Shown: positions 11,916 to 24,632, numbered from the whole stretch's first letter. The stretch: DNA of 56,766 nucleotides, filler included, from Basidioascus undulatus (GCA_000826855.1; 5 parts of 5 records of this genome joined end to end with filler, not necessarily neighbours in it), one strand, 5' to 3'. A program made the numbers and translations. The notes: a model not told the origin generated them from the sequence alone.

Positions 11916-13138
11916 ATGCCGTCCGTTCGCGTAACCAACTTCACGACTGCCCCACTTGTCAGTCTAGGCGTCTTTCAAGATCGCGCTGCCGTCTGTTCTT
12001 GCTCACCATGCTCATGTGGGGGCGGTCTTTCAGAACATCGGACTCAAGCAGATCACTGCACTGCACTGGGAGAACGAGGTACAGCCAGGGCAGACGATCA
12101 AGCTGAAGCCGGGCAAGGTACGTGGGCCGTGTTCGCTCTGGCCGGCCGCTTGTCTCTTATCGGCATGGTTGGGCAGGTTTGGTTCACGCTTGAGGCGAAG
12201 CGGGACACGGGAAAGTCTAGTCGGTACTCGATGGCGAAGGTGCGTACTACATGCAGTGGTTTGGGGCCGGAAATGGGAGCTCATGGAATTGTTGCTGCAG
12301 AGCGCTGCGACCATCGCGATCATATCGGTGCGCTCTCTCAACTCCAACATCATTTTCAAGAACTTTACCTTGACCATCCATCCAACAGGTCGCTGTATCC
12401 GCTACCGCCTTGACGTGGGGAGCGCCGCTCGCTGCCGAGGCTGGCGTCGCCGCTGCGGCGCTGGCTGGACCGCAAGCCGTTGCGGTCGCCAGCGCCGGTG
12501 CAGCAGCGACGAAGAAGTTCCTTGTATCACAAGGAGCGAACATCGCGAAGCTTTGTATGTTTGATCTCTTCACCTCTCCCTGCAATCGGCTGCTGCTCTG
12601 ACACACCTCATCTCGCGGCTATTCGCAGCGGCCCTCGCCCTGCCACGCGCGATCAAGCGCGTGAGCGCCGAGTTTAGCGGGCTCTCTGCAGTGCAGGAGG
12701 AGGCGTTATCGATCATCCAGTCTCCGAATGTCGGGGCCGACCTCCGCAGCAACACCGCTGGCGTTCTGGACGGGCTGCAGAAGGCGTGGAAGGAGGACAA
12801 GAAGCGAAAGGAGCGGGAGGAGGGTTCCCCCGGGCACGGCCCAGCGACGCGGGAGGCGAGAGAAGAGGAGGAGGCGCTGGAAGGTGAGGATGTGGAAGGG
12901 CCGAGGGTGGAGAGCTCGGTGGTGGAGAACGAAGCGTTCGTGCGGGCGCACGGGATCTATGTGTCTGATCGAAAAGAGGTACGCCTGTGCGTGGCTGGCT
13001 TGCTCTTCGTGGTATCTTTGTATTACACGAGACGCTCAATGCATTGCGTGCACCATCCTCCTGCAGTACGCCATTCGCGCGGGGAATGACGGGAAGCTGC
13101 AGATCTGGGACGTCAAGACGAATGAGCAGCTAAAGTGA
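11916..13138 (+). CDS. Hypothetical fungal protein with central Ala-rich hydrophobic segment, multi-exon
   Basis: Exons MPSVRVTNFTTAPL|NIGLKQITALHWENEVQPGQTIKLKPGK|VWFTLEAKR..|..GAPLAAEAGVAAAALAG..|..YAIRAGNDGKLQIWDVKTNEQLK*, separated by short GT-AG introns. Confidence 0.65.
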
Positions 13139-13592
13139 TGGGGCGAACGACATCACGATCGTTTTATGTTCTCTTTCCTTTCCGATGCATTTTACCATAC
13201 ACGCGATTGTTTTCTTGGCCTCAAAAACCATGCAATACGGCCGGCTTAGCCGAGCGCGAGGGATCTTAGCGGCTGTGATTGTAAAGTGACAGTCGGAGCA
13301 GTCGGAAGATGAAATGACTGTCTAGCACGTCGAGCACATAATCCCAGTACTGCTCATGAATGCCATGGGTCTGTTGACATTATACACATCACGATTCCAG
13401 CACGACAGTTGCATGCGTGGGCGCCGGCCATCCTCATCCACACCTTAAAGCCATGCTCATGTGCAAATAGCATGCCAATCCATGCCAGAATCCACGTCCC
13501 ACTCCCGTCCATCCACCGTCCTTCCATCCATCCTGTCAAGTGTCCCCTCCCTCCAAAATAAAAATCCCCCTCCCCCTCCTGTTCCATTATCA

Positions 13593-13768
13593 TCATGGCC
13601 CCCAAAACACCCACTCAAGCACCTTCCACGCGCCCCTCAGACCCACGTGGATCCAGTCGCGCCCGCGCTGGACGGCAGGGAGAAGTGTCTGCAGCGCACG
13701 GGAGAGGGCGTCGGCGTCGAACGCAGGGCGCGCGGGGGCGAGATCCGCCGATTGGGGCGTGGGGCTGG
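13593..13768 (-). CDS. 3' end of an unknown gene, truncated by contig end
   Basis: Open frame from the contig edge PAPRPNRRISAPARPAFDADALSRALQTLLP..WKVLEWVFWGP followed by TGA TGA. Confidence 0.4.
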
Positions 13769-13868
13769 NNNNNNNNNNNNNNNNNNNNNNNNNNNNNNNN
13801 NNNNNNNNNNNNTTAATTAATTAANNNNNNNNNNNNNNNNNNNNNNNNNNNNNNNNNNNNNNNNNNNN
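13769..13868. other. Artificial contig spacer N44-TTAATTAATTAA-N44
   Basis: Exactly 100 nt; the central 12-mer places stops in all six frames. Confidence 0.98.
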
Positions 13869-15693
13869 CGCACTCCCCCGCTCCTTCTGCCTTCCCGAGC
13901 TTCGCCAAGCCCGCCGCCACGCCCGCACCGACCACGCCCGCACCGACCACGCCCAAGCCCGCCATGCCCAAGGGCATTGTCAGCGGTGCGCCCACGCCCC
14001 GCCTCGGCGCCGCCGCGAGCGAGCTCGACCCGAACGACGTCAAGGAGACGGGTCTTGCTGGCGAGTTCCTCAAGACGTACTTGATTCTGTGCAAGGAGCT
14101 CGAACAGGTCCGTCTCCTCTCGGTACTCGTCGCTTTGCGCCATCTTTCTTATCGTCTGTCGCATTTCTCAGCTGCGCGCCGATGTCGCCAAGTGCTCCGA
14201 GTTCCAAGCGCAGTTGCGCAAAGCGACGGGCTTGCCGGAGAGCACCGACGACTTCCACGACCGCGGTCTGTGGTCGTTCGGGGACCTGCCGAAGCTCCGC
14301 AGCCTCAGCAAGAGCATGGAGGAGGACACGCTCGCGCTCAAGGACGTGAGCCTCGACCACAAGCGCAAGGTCGCTGAGCTGCAGAGCTTGCTGTTGAAAG
14401 GTGCGTGATGCCTACACTTCTCGCACTTGCGCTCGTTGTGCTTGCGGCTGAATTGGGGAGGTCTCTGCAGCGGAGACGAAGCGCGAAGAGTCGGCGAGGT
14501 TCCTGCGCGCTCGAGCAGACCCCGAGTTTGCACGCATGGTTAGGGTGCGAAATCTCGGCCCGGAACACGCGGAGAACCAGGTCAAGCTGCGCAAGGCCAC
14601 CCAGGTAGGTTGTCTGTCTTCAGACCGTCGACGGATGTGAGCTGACCAAATCGCCTTTCCAGGCCGTCCATGACTCCGTCTCGCAGTGCGTCACATCGTT
14701 TCGCGCGGTAATCCTATAGCTGATGAAGAAATATCCTTCAGGCTCGAGGACCAGCTCGCTGTCATGAAACGCAAAGTCACCGAGGACAAGCTGGGCAAGT
14801 CCACCTTCCGGTAAGTCCGTTTTGGTTTGCATCTTCGTTAGGGCTTCGCATGTTCACGCCAGGACCATAGTGCGCCCTCGTTTGACACCATCCACCGAAC
14901 GATGCGGAACCTTAACATCGCCCTCACCACCAAGACCGCCGAGGTGACTGAGCTTTCAGCGCGCTTCGACAGCCTGCGCCTCGACTCGCGTCGCAGCATC
15001 GCCGACGCGACCGCACCCTCCATCTCGCGCTCGATGTCTCTGCGCTCTTCTACTATAAGGAGGAGCGCGTCCCCGCAACTCGCTGCGCCTGCGGACGCCA
15101 AGGTCGCTGGATTGGCCGACAGCGCGCTCGAGGCGGAGCGCAAAGCCTTGGCTCTCAAGACCGCCCTCCTCGGCGCGCGCAAGGAGCCGCTTCTGAACAG
15201 GAGCGCTTCCGAACGACGCGCGCCGTCAGGGTCCGCGTCCGATGGGCCAAAGCACTTCGATGAGTTCACCATCGCGTTTGCACGCGGGCCCGCCACGCTC
15301 GCGTCGGTCCGGTCGACCCCGCGTCGTGCGCCTGCGCCTGCGCCCGCCCCGACCCCTGCCTCAGCCGCACCCGCGTTCGGGTCGCCAGCCGCACCGCCTG
15401 CGCCTGCCATGCCGTCATTCGCCCCGCCATCAATAGGCGGCGTTTTCGCGCCGGGGTCTCGCGAGACGTCGATCTCGCCTCGCGCTCATCACGCCGCTGC
15501 TGCACGCGCCCACTCTCGCGCGGTGCCCGTGTCGGGCAAGGCGGTCGCCCCTTCGGACTTCTTTGGTCCGCCGCCTGCGATGCCGCAGCGCCCTGCGGGT
15601 GTTTCGGGCCTGTCGTTCTCGTTTGACGGGCTCAAAGCGCCGGTGCCTGTGAAGAAGGAAGATGAGGAGGATCGCAATTGGGTCAAGGTTTGA
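13869..15693 (+). CDS. NUP159: Nucleoporin Nup159/Nup146 (NUP214 family), C-terminal coiled-coil part; 5' truncated
   Basis: Spliced ..WSFGDLPKL..ARADPEFARMVRVRNLGPEHAENQVKLRK..APSFDTIHRTMRNL.. resembles the fungal Nup159 C-terminal signature (LxPEQxxxQxxLR, PxxDxIxxT), preceded by a Pro/Ala/Phe-rich linker. Confidence 0.78.
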
Positions 15694-16809
15694 TTATGTC
15701 GGACAAGATGCTATGTTGCTATTCAGTATCGCATGAAAGGACGGCTTTATGGCCGAGAATGTTAGGCTGGTGTTTGTTGGTGTTTGGCAGGTCAACGCTT
15801 GCAATTGCGTCTCTAGAGATTGCTGGTAGTAAGACATCACAATGGTCGACTGCAGGTGGACATGTGGACACGGAGGAGCAGTCGTAAAAAGTGTTTCCGG
15901 CACCGCGCCCTGTTCACCACGATGTCGCAAGATGCACCACTGTTCCTTGATCATGAACCGTCCCAAGGCCGCTTGCCAAAGCGGGTGCCTTGTCCAGGCC
16001 AATGATCTCCTTGCAGTTGTGCGCCATCGAGAGGAACCGCCGCCAGCCGCCCCCACCCGACGCTCCACTGACACGTCCGCCCCCGCCACGCTCTTATCGC
16101 GCGAATCTCTGCTCGTACTGGGTCACACATGATTGATACACAGATACGACTTTTTCGAGTTCGAAAGAGTACACGGATTGCCCCAGGGCGACGCTGTTAC
16201 AGTATCTGAAAACGCTAACTTGCTAAGACCCTGCCGGAGGATAATACAGCAGCGCGTACGAGTGTCCGCTCTGTCGGCGATGAAGGCCGAAATCCGTTCA
16301 ATATGCGTTTACCCAACCTCTTTTGGAAACGAAAGGTGCAAGGAGGCGGCAATTCCAAGGTCTTGTGAGCCGCTCATGCAACACGCGGTCTACGGCGCTC
16401 CGTGCAAGTTCCGTTACATCAATTGACACCTAGGTATCAGCGTTAGTATGAGAAGTACCGTCTACCATTCTACGCCTCGATTTGCCACTTTTTGCCGCTC
16501 GGAACACCGGAGCATAAACATGATACGCGAGACGACTTGTGGGACCTCAGCACGACACGTTGCCCAACGTCGCCCACTTTCGCCTTCGCCCAATCGAGCG
16601 TTACTCCTCTTAAATTCGATAGACTAATCAGCACTGCTACCTACCCCGCACGATACCACTCGAACACAATCACTTCGTTCTTATCAGCTGGTCGGTCTTC
16701 AACGGCCGGTGCTGTGAGTACACCACGTAGCGATGTCGGCTCCTTCGGCTCACCGACACCGTGCATGTATCGCCAGCAACACCTCTTATCGTCCATCGAC
16801 ATCGTCGCC

Positions 16810-17865
16810 ATGTCTTCTACCATGGGCAACCGGAACTTCACTGATACGGACCTCGCGCGTCTCGCCGAGCTCATCACTGCCTCATGGGCGGCGCAAACGA
16901 GAGGGAACGGTGACGCTGACCCTTTGGACCGTCCCAAAGCCAAAACTCGGCACTCGGTAAGCACGTCGTGCATTGGACTTTTGATATACGGCCAAATGTC
17001 TGACCGGATATTGCCCCCCTCAGAGGAACGGAGTGAGTGACCTGTTTGCAATCCTGTACGCTTGGAGGGCGTCCTGACTTTTGGCAATCCAGTGCGACGT
17101 CTGCAAACGTCGGAAGGTCAAGTGCTCCGAGACCAAGCCAGTCTGCCTGCAATGCAGCCGCAAGAACCGAACCTGCACATATACACCACCTCCACCCCGA
17201 CGACCTTCGGCTCGCCGTGCCTCCGTAGGGTCTACCTTCTCCTCCGCGTCGTCTTTCGCCTCGTCGCCAGAGTCCGGATCTCCATTCTTCCCACCGGCGG
17301 GTAAATTCTGGGCCCCTACAAGTACAACGTTCGCTTCGTCTCCGTTGGACGACTCCTCCCCGCTGGACCAGCAGGGAGCACCACGAGCAGCAACGACCCA
17401 GCCACCGTCCTCCGCTGCCCCGTCTTCTCTCCCACCCCGTGCCTTGTTCCTCGGCGACTCAGCACTCCACATCGACGAGTGCCTAGACGCTATGGGACCG
17501 ACGTTTCCTCCGCTATCTGACAAGCAACTTCAGCTCTTGCAGCACTATCTAGCCCTCCCGGATGTTCCTTCTCAAATTGTGTAACACCACCACCTCATTG
17601 TTTTTTAGTCGTCACCTTTCGCTGGTATCAAAATGTATGTCCCTCGCTCTTGTGCCTTTTTTGCTTCATAATTCTCTGCTCGAGAGGACACTGTAGTATA
17701 CTGAGGACGGAGAGCATAGAGGCGCTGGAGAATGACGTTGCAGACTGGAAGCTCCTCTGGAGTGAATGCCTGTGCTTTCACAAAGTAATGAAAAGCCCAT
17801 ACAGGCTTAGTCGTGGCACCATTTCTGCTCACACAATCGAAGGGGTCTCTGACCTGGAGAGCTGA
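16810..17865 (+). CDS. Zn(II)2Cys6 fungal transcription factor (3' end uncertain)
   Basis: KTRHS|RNG|CDVCKRRKVKCSETKPVCLQCSRKNRTCTY contains all six Cys; it uses a 9-nt micro-exon at 17024-17032. Confidence 0.85.
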
Positions 17866-18150
17866 GGGTTCATGACCTGAAAGTTGCCGAGCTGTCTTCT
17901 TCAGATGCGATTCGGATGCTCTATTGATTACTTTCCCGGTTAGGAAAAGGAATGTGCCTGCCGTGCTCTGCAGACCAATGGCACCGCGGAGCGACAGGGA
18001 AACCGCGAGTCGGTCAGGTGACCGGAGGCAGAATGCAACCAAATCTCACCCGCGCAACGCCCAAGTTTGGCCTGTGCTCTTGCCACACCACTCCCACCTC
18101 AACTCACACTGATTACCTCGCTCACGCTGTCTGATTAAGCTCAGGAGACC

Positions 18151-19062
18151 ATGGCGTTACCGGACCTTCCTCTCGATGTCTATCGCCGCATTATTGAGCT
18201 AGCTGCTGAGCCTATGCATCCGCAGGCCTACACGCGGGACTGGGCGACCCTGGCCGTCCTCTGTCTCGTTTCGCACTCGCTCATCCCCTTCGCTCGAAAA
18301 GAGCTCTGCTCGTCGATCGTCATCTCAAACAAACGCCAACTTTCTGCTCTGTGGGGCATTATCGAAGGGGATGCATTGCTGACGCCCAAGATCGACTCCC
18401 TAGCCGTCCTGGCGATCGGCTCACCGCGAAAAAGACATCCCGTGCGCGAGCTCATCGCTTTGTTGGAACGCATCCAGACGACCCTTCGCCGGCTAGCGCT
18501 TCACTACGAGTACTCGAAGGACACCAATCCTCACCCGTCATGTTGGAGAGCGGTGTGCAGTATGCAGCGTCTTGAAGAGTGCGCCTTCATCGGGAACCCG
18601 GTCGACGCTTTCAACCCCACCCTCCAGAACGTCTCGCACCTGAAACGCCTTGCAACGTCTCGCTATATCCAGTTTGGTCGACGCCACGACCTACTTAGCG
18701 ACTGCATGTGCCTGCCCGTCGGAGGATCTCTGCCACAAATTTCTTTCGTAGTATCGACTACATTGGAACACCTATTCGATCCCACCGCTCAACAAGCTCA
18801 GATTTCAGCATTCGCCAATTTCATCGATAATAACCGGTCTATTGAACGATGCATATTCATCCATCCGAACAAGTCTACGGCACCTCACGTCGATCTTGCT
18901 CGCTTACGCTCTCGCACATGGGGGGACTTTGATTGCAGCGCCGAAGTGGTTGGTCTACCTGGAGAAGAAGATTGCGACTGGACTCAGGCCGAGTCCGCAA
19001 TGATGCGTTTGGTGGTTGACGGTACGCTGTGGGAGCAACGGGGGACCTCGTTGTCGTCTTGA
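18151..19062 (+). CDS. F-box-like protein, single exon, 303 aa
   Basis: MALPDLPLDVYRRIIELAA..TLAVLCLVSHSL F-box-like start, LRR-like LRRLAL/LKRLA units and a C-terminal DGTLWE; intact ORF. Confidence 0.75.
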   Translation: MALPDLPLDVYRRIIELAAEPMHPQAYTRDWATLAVLCLVSHSLIPFARKELCSSIVISNKRQLSALWGIIEGDALLTPKIDSLAVLAIGSPRKRHPVRELIALLERIQTTLRRLALHYEYSKDTNPHPSCWRAVCSMQRLEECAFIGNPVDAFNPTLQNVSHLKRLATSRYIQFGRRHDLLSDCMCLPVGGSLPQISFVVSTTLEHLFDPTAQQAQISAFANFIDNNRSIERCIFIHPNKSTAPHVDLARLRSRTWGDFDCSAEVVGLPGEEDCDWTQAESAMMRLVVDGTLWEQRGTSLSS

Positions 19063-19802
19063 AGTCTTGAAGACTGGAGGAGTGTCATTCATGTGCTGGT
19101 AGCAAGCTGGCTATTTTTCCGTCAAAGAATTCGTTTCCAAATTTGCAAATGGAAGAGACAGGTCTGCTCGGTAGCATCACAGATGGCCTCGCGAGCGCCT
19201 CAAAAGCCAAGGCAGACATTATACGCTGGCAGGCGTTCTATCAACTTTTCCAATCCATCTAGAGCAAAATTTATTGAATAGTTCAAACCTGTATTGAATA
19301 TCCCAGGGCCTGAAGACCTAGCTATAACTTGCAAACAAACGCGTGAAAACACGAACAACGTAGTTTGGGATTTTCCAAGCTCGCGAAGGTCATGCATGCA
19401 TCACTAAAAAGCTGCAGCAGACAAACTTGTCATAGTCGATTCTTTTGAGGGGGAAATTGGAGTGCATGTCGAGCCAGCTTGCCCTCCTCTGTCCAGTGCT
19501 TCACAGCCATCTGCAGCAGTACTGCAGCCTGTTGAACGCAGTGACAACTGGACGCAGAGGTTATTCACACTCAGCTGACTTGTCTCTTTTGATCCTGTGC
19601 AGAAAGAAGCTTCTGGACTAGTGTCAGACGGAATGCAGAGGGTCTGTAGCCGAAAAGCTCTCCGTGGCCGAAAGGCATGGAAGCCCGCCGGTGACGCCGA
19701 GTAACTCTCCGGTGCCCGGTCAGGTCTTTATCTGTGCGCTGTTTATCTTCCACCCTCACAATAACACTGCTCTCAAACCGCTTTGCACTCCACGCTTCCA
19801 GT

Positions 19803-21816
19803 ATGACCGCTCTTCTGTTCCAAGTCATCGCTGCTCTCTTCGCTGTGCTTGTTTCATCTCTCCTCGCGTGGGCTGGCGACCGGCTCTTCCTTCGCCAACG
19901 GCGGTCCACGACAGCCCACCTGCCGCGTGTGCAACGGACCAGCCTGATTTTTGGGATTTGAAGGAGCTTTCCGAGTGACCGCCACATTGGAGAGTGTCCT
20001 CGATTCCCTGCGTCGGTCTGCTGATTGCAGTGACACACCAGGCCTGATCGGGCGCATATCAGCAAGTGGATCGAGCAGTACGGTGGCACGTATGTCTATA
20101 ACGTAAGTCCATTACGCTTTCTTCTGCATTCATGGACGTTCTCATGTTGAATTCGCGACACTTCCCCGTTCTGCAGAGCCTCCTCGGGGACACCACTCTC
20201 GTTACGACGGACATCAAGGCGGTCAACCATATTCTTGTATCAGCGTCTTATGCGAGTTTTTAGAGTCCCGTTTAATTTGGAAGTCTCTCTACTCACGTTC
20301 CGCTGCCTGAATAGAGCTATCCCACGTCCTGTGCTTGAGGACGCAGCAGGGAATGGTGCGCACGCTGCTTGTGGTAAGAATATCTTCATGCTACTTTCCT
20401 TGAACTGCAGGGGTTATTGTAGCCCAAGGTAATTTTTTGGGTGTACAGTGTTTACTTCCGCTGAAACGTTGGCGGGGGAAATAGGCGACGACCACAAGCC
20501 GCAACGCAAGATCATCAGCCCCGCCTTTTCATCTGCATGTATTCGCGAACTTGCTCCGACTTTCCTTACAAAGAGCCGTCAGGTACGCTTGTGCAACATC
20601 TCTTTCAGTACAGGGGAAGGAGAATAGGAGCTAACAAGGTCAATTTGTAAGCTTCGGGATGTCTGGCGTGCGATGCTCGAACAGCGCAGGACGCGAGTTC
20701 TGCGGAAAGCTGGAACATTCTGCCCTCTTGACCGCTCTCACTCTCGACATCATCGGTATTGCTGGCAAGTGGATTGCTGAGCTTGACATATTCAGACAGA
20801 TGCACGAATTTGTATAGTCAACTGAAGTATCGAACTTTCTTATAGTTCGATCCAATTTCGACCCGACACTCAAACCCACCCAACTCCTCAGCGACGATGA
20901 GGTGCTTGCACAGATCACGATGTTCTTGGTGCGCTCTTTCTTCGGTCTCGTCCTCTACTTCGCAGCCCTGAATGCCGGTTCTTCCACAGCTCGCCGTCCA
21001 TGAGACGACATCTGGGGCAGCCGTGTGGATATTTTACGCTCTAGCTCGTAATCCGACAGCCCAGCTCAAGCTGCGCGAAGAGCTGCAAGGCGCGATTGAC
21101 GGGGAAGGCGATATTGGTGCGGAGGAGCTGAGCGCATTGCCTTACCAGGACAAGGTGGCCGTACAATCTCAGATTTCCCTATACCGTGTTGACTCAGGTG
21201 TGCAGAGAGTCGCTGCGACTGTTCGGGCCGGTCCCGTACGTCGCGAGGGTCAGCTTAAAGGACGACGTGCGTCTCCCGATTCTCAATATACACATTCAAA
21301 GACACTGATTCTAATCTTTCACTCAAGCAGATCATCCCGCTCTCTTGTCCAATCATCGACCCGGAGACCGGCGGTCGCACCATCGAGTCCATCGCAATCG
21401 AGGCCGGACAGATGCTGAACGTGCCAATCGACTACATGCTCCGCGACAAGGCATCTACGGATCGGACGCGGACGAGTTCCGCCCGGAGCCTTGGGACGAG
21501 CTCTCTCTTCAGGACCACAGCCTTGGGGTGCGGGCGGGCTTGCTCACGTTTTTGGCGGGGTCCGCCGATGCGCCATTAGCGTCAGTCCCACTGACTTGGT
21601 TTTCTTCTTCCAGACCGCGGGCCTGCGTCGGCTATCGTTTTCGCAGTCCTCGAGCTCAAAGCTATCCTCTTCTTCTTAATATGCTCCTTCGACTTCTCCC
21701 TCCCGGAGCCTACTCCGGAGATGATCAGGCACGCGCAGGCTATCACGCTACGGCCTATGGTCAAGGGCAAGGAAGACGAGGGCTTCAGGATGGACTTGGT
21801 CGTCTCGCTGCTGTGA
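19803..21816 (+). pseudogene. Cytochrome P450 pseudogene
   Basis: N-terminal TM anchor, GDDHKPQRKIISPAFS, LTLDIIGIAG, I-helix AVHETT, ESLR, EFRPEPW and heme motif FLAG|PRACVGYRF. Disrupted by a stop at 19959-19961, frameshifts and an apparently missing central region. Confidence 0.88.
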
Positions 21817-21935
21817 AGGTGGGGGTGGCCGATATCTTTTGGTAATCGTTCTAGCTCGACTCCATATAGACAGGGGGTGAAAGTCGGAGCTGGGGACATG
21901 TTTGGGGCCTTGCGCTCTATGCGTAAGTATTGCAA

Positions 21936-21981
21936 CGCGGCTTCAAGCTTCAAGTCTGCGCGGCTTCAAGCTTCAAGTCTG
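21936..21981 (+). repeat. 23-bp perfect tandem duplication (CGCGGCTTCAAGCTTCAAGTCTG x2)
   Basis: Directly visible; each unit contains CTTCAAG twice. Confidence 0.9.
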
Positions 21982-22230
21982 CGAGATGTTATTAGCTGTC
22001 AGCCACCAAGCTCATTCAATACAGCTGCCCAGCGGTTCCTCTCAATTTCAAGGCGAACAAAGAATCGCTTACGACGCTCCAGGCAGAACGCGCATGATTG
22101 TGCAAGGGGCCGAAGTTCAAAAGCTGCAGGTGCCTTTCATGCCCACGATACGGGAGAGCTCCGTCAGAAGACAAGTCTAGGAATATCGAAATTCCATTGG
22201 TACAACGTCGGATTCAAGACCCCCTGCGCA

Positions 22231-23040
22231 TTACTGCGCCAAATGTGGCGCCGAGTTGCCTTGTTCCTTCGCGGCGTCCTTCGCAGCCTCTGCTTCTAGC
22301 GCGTCGAACTTGCGTACTACTTGAAGGGAGGCATAGTAGCCAAACGGCAGGGCAAGAAACCACCAGAACAGGTCGAGCGACGCGGTCTGCGATGAGGGAC
22401 TTGGGTCAATAGGGACAGGTGGAGCCAGGCTGATCAAGCTTACGGCAATAAGGACTGTGGGAACGGCAGAAAAGGTTATGGTTTCAGCGCGTAAATTGAA
22501 ACAATAAAGTCTGGGGCTAACCTTGCACTCCAAATCCCACTGCAACCCCTGCGGTCTCTATTCCCCGCAGAAGGGAGCCGTAGCGGATCTGATCGCCAGG
22601 GGAGTCCGAGCTATAGGGAGATCTGGCGATCAGCTTGATCGACTGTCCGTGGAAATCAATGCAATGCACAGGTTCCCGATGGCCCAGTATACGAAGTTTT
22701 CGACCATTCCCAGAGACAATCTCTCGAACACTAATGAAAAAGCACCAAGGCCTTCACAGAACGATCCTTCATCTGGTCAGTACGCTTAACATACTGTAAA
22801 AGGCACGACCGAATATATTTCGGTGCTGGCACAACTGGCGCCTATCCGGAGCAACTTCTCAGACCCTTGTCCAGCTTCGGCGATGAGTCGGTCAGGCGAG
22901 CTAACGCAAGTGGAAAAGGCCGTCCAACCACCCGACGAGCACAGCAAGGTTTGAATCCAACTTGCGGTATCGTATTGCGTGAGGGGCGCAGGCGTCGAGC
23001 TACCGACGATCCTCACCGAAGACGTAAAGGGGTCGACTGG
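22231..23040 (-). pseudogene. Possible small membrane-protein gene remnant
   Basis: Terminal exon-like block with two hydrophobic stretches (VPTVLIAVSLISL; LFWWFLALPFGYY); upstream blocks carry in-frame stops. Confidence 0.3.
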
Positions 23041-23483
23041 TCGGTCATTGTCCGACGATGAAGGCAATGAGGTGCAACGATCGAAGCAAAGCCTATGAAT
23101 ATGCATGGACCGTTGATGCGGTTGTAATCGAATCGCGGTCAAAACCGCGAAGTGAAGGACGATCGAGAGGGTTAGCGAGTGACCGAGGGGCCGATACGCT
23201 CGAACGATATCCGGTCAGCGGTATGAGCAGGTTCGATTGGTCAGAATGCGATGCACACGACGACATGAGTGTTGAGTTTAGTGGCGAAGCGAGATGATGG
23301 CGGTAGGAAGGCAAGAGGCAATGGAGCAGCTCGAAGCAGAGCCTTCCCTCTTGACCTCGAACCGCTGCCTTCAATCGCATCCGTCGCTCACCGTTCAAAC
23401 GCATACTCACCCGCCTGCTTGGCGCTCTTTCCCCGCTCGTGGGCCTTCTCTGATCGCATTTCACGTCGTAGTCTCCCTCGACC

Positions 23484-24519
23484 ATGGACGTCGACGCGCC
23501 GCCGCTTCCGGCGTGCTTGCTCGCCTCCCCGCCGCGCTCAGCGCTGACTTCATTCGCGACCGAGATCCTGCCCGCACCGCCGGTACCGGCAGCGCCCCAA
23601 ACGCGCGAGCTGCAACGTCTCGCGTCCAGTCGCGAGAGTTCTCCGGTGGCGCGATCGATTTTGCCTCTCAACGACCCGAGCTCCTCCACGGGTAGACGCG
23701 TCGAGCCGCACGCCAACGGCGTGCCGAACGGACGCGCAACACGCTCAGACGCTGTCAGGGACGGTCGCACAAGGACGGCTATCAAGCTGAGGTGAGTCTT
23801 GCGGTCTCTATGCGCGTGGGACGCGTCACAGTACGCGTCGAGGTGGTCGGAGAGCGTGTGGTGGACCGGATGTAGCCGTCGGCTTCCACGCTGGCACAGC
23901 CTGCGCCGTCGCCATAGGCCTCTGAGCCGTTCTCAACGCCCACATTTTATTCTGGAGCAGGAGTGATGGGCTTGTCTGGCGCGGAAAGTCTGGGGAGGAC
24001 GCGCGTTAGGCTCTTGGCGCAGGTTTGATGCGGTCGTCAGGCGCACACAGTTCATCTGGTTTTGCGTTAGTGGCCTCACTTTTCAATGATATTATACGGA
24101 CGAGATGGAATATTGCGGGTGTACATTCTCGACGCCGGGGTCGCTCGAAATGCGAGCTTGACAACTGACCCGCACCGAGCGATCGCCCGGCCGACGCGCT
24201 AGAGGCGGCGTTCTCGACGACTCGCCATTTGACCATCACCGCGGAAGCTGACCCTCGGCCCCCCGCCACTCTCATAGTGTGCCCGCCCTAGCGCGCCGTA
24301 GCGGACGATCCGCTTCGCCTTCTGTGCAACAACCGTCGACGCCCCCACCAATCACGGCCGTGCCTCCCACGCGGAAGGCCGCGTTACCCCGCTCCCATCT
24401 CGCCACCTCGTCTGCTCCGCCGTCATCCTCATCACCACCGCCTCCGATGCAAGCCAAGGCCAAAGCTCGTGCTTCATCACCTCTGCATGGCGAGGTGAGT
24501 TCCCCCCCCCCCCCCCGCC
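23484..24519 (+). CDS. Hypothetical Pro/Ser-rich protein, 5' part, truncated at contig end
   Basis: MDVDAPPLP.. exon ending at a GTGAGT donor, a second Pro/Ser-rich exon ending at GTGAGT, then a poly-C tract and the contig break. Confidence 0.45.
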
Positions 24520-24619
24520 NNNNNNNNNNNNNNNNNNNNNNNNNNNNNNNNNNNNNNNNNNNNTTAATTAATTAANNNNNNNNNNNNNNNNNNNNNNNNN
24601 NNNNNNNNNNNNNNNNNNN
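24520..24619. other. Artificial contig spacer
   Basis: N44-TTAATTAATTAA-N44. Confidence 0.98.
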
Positions 24620-24632
24620 TTCAACTCGAAGT

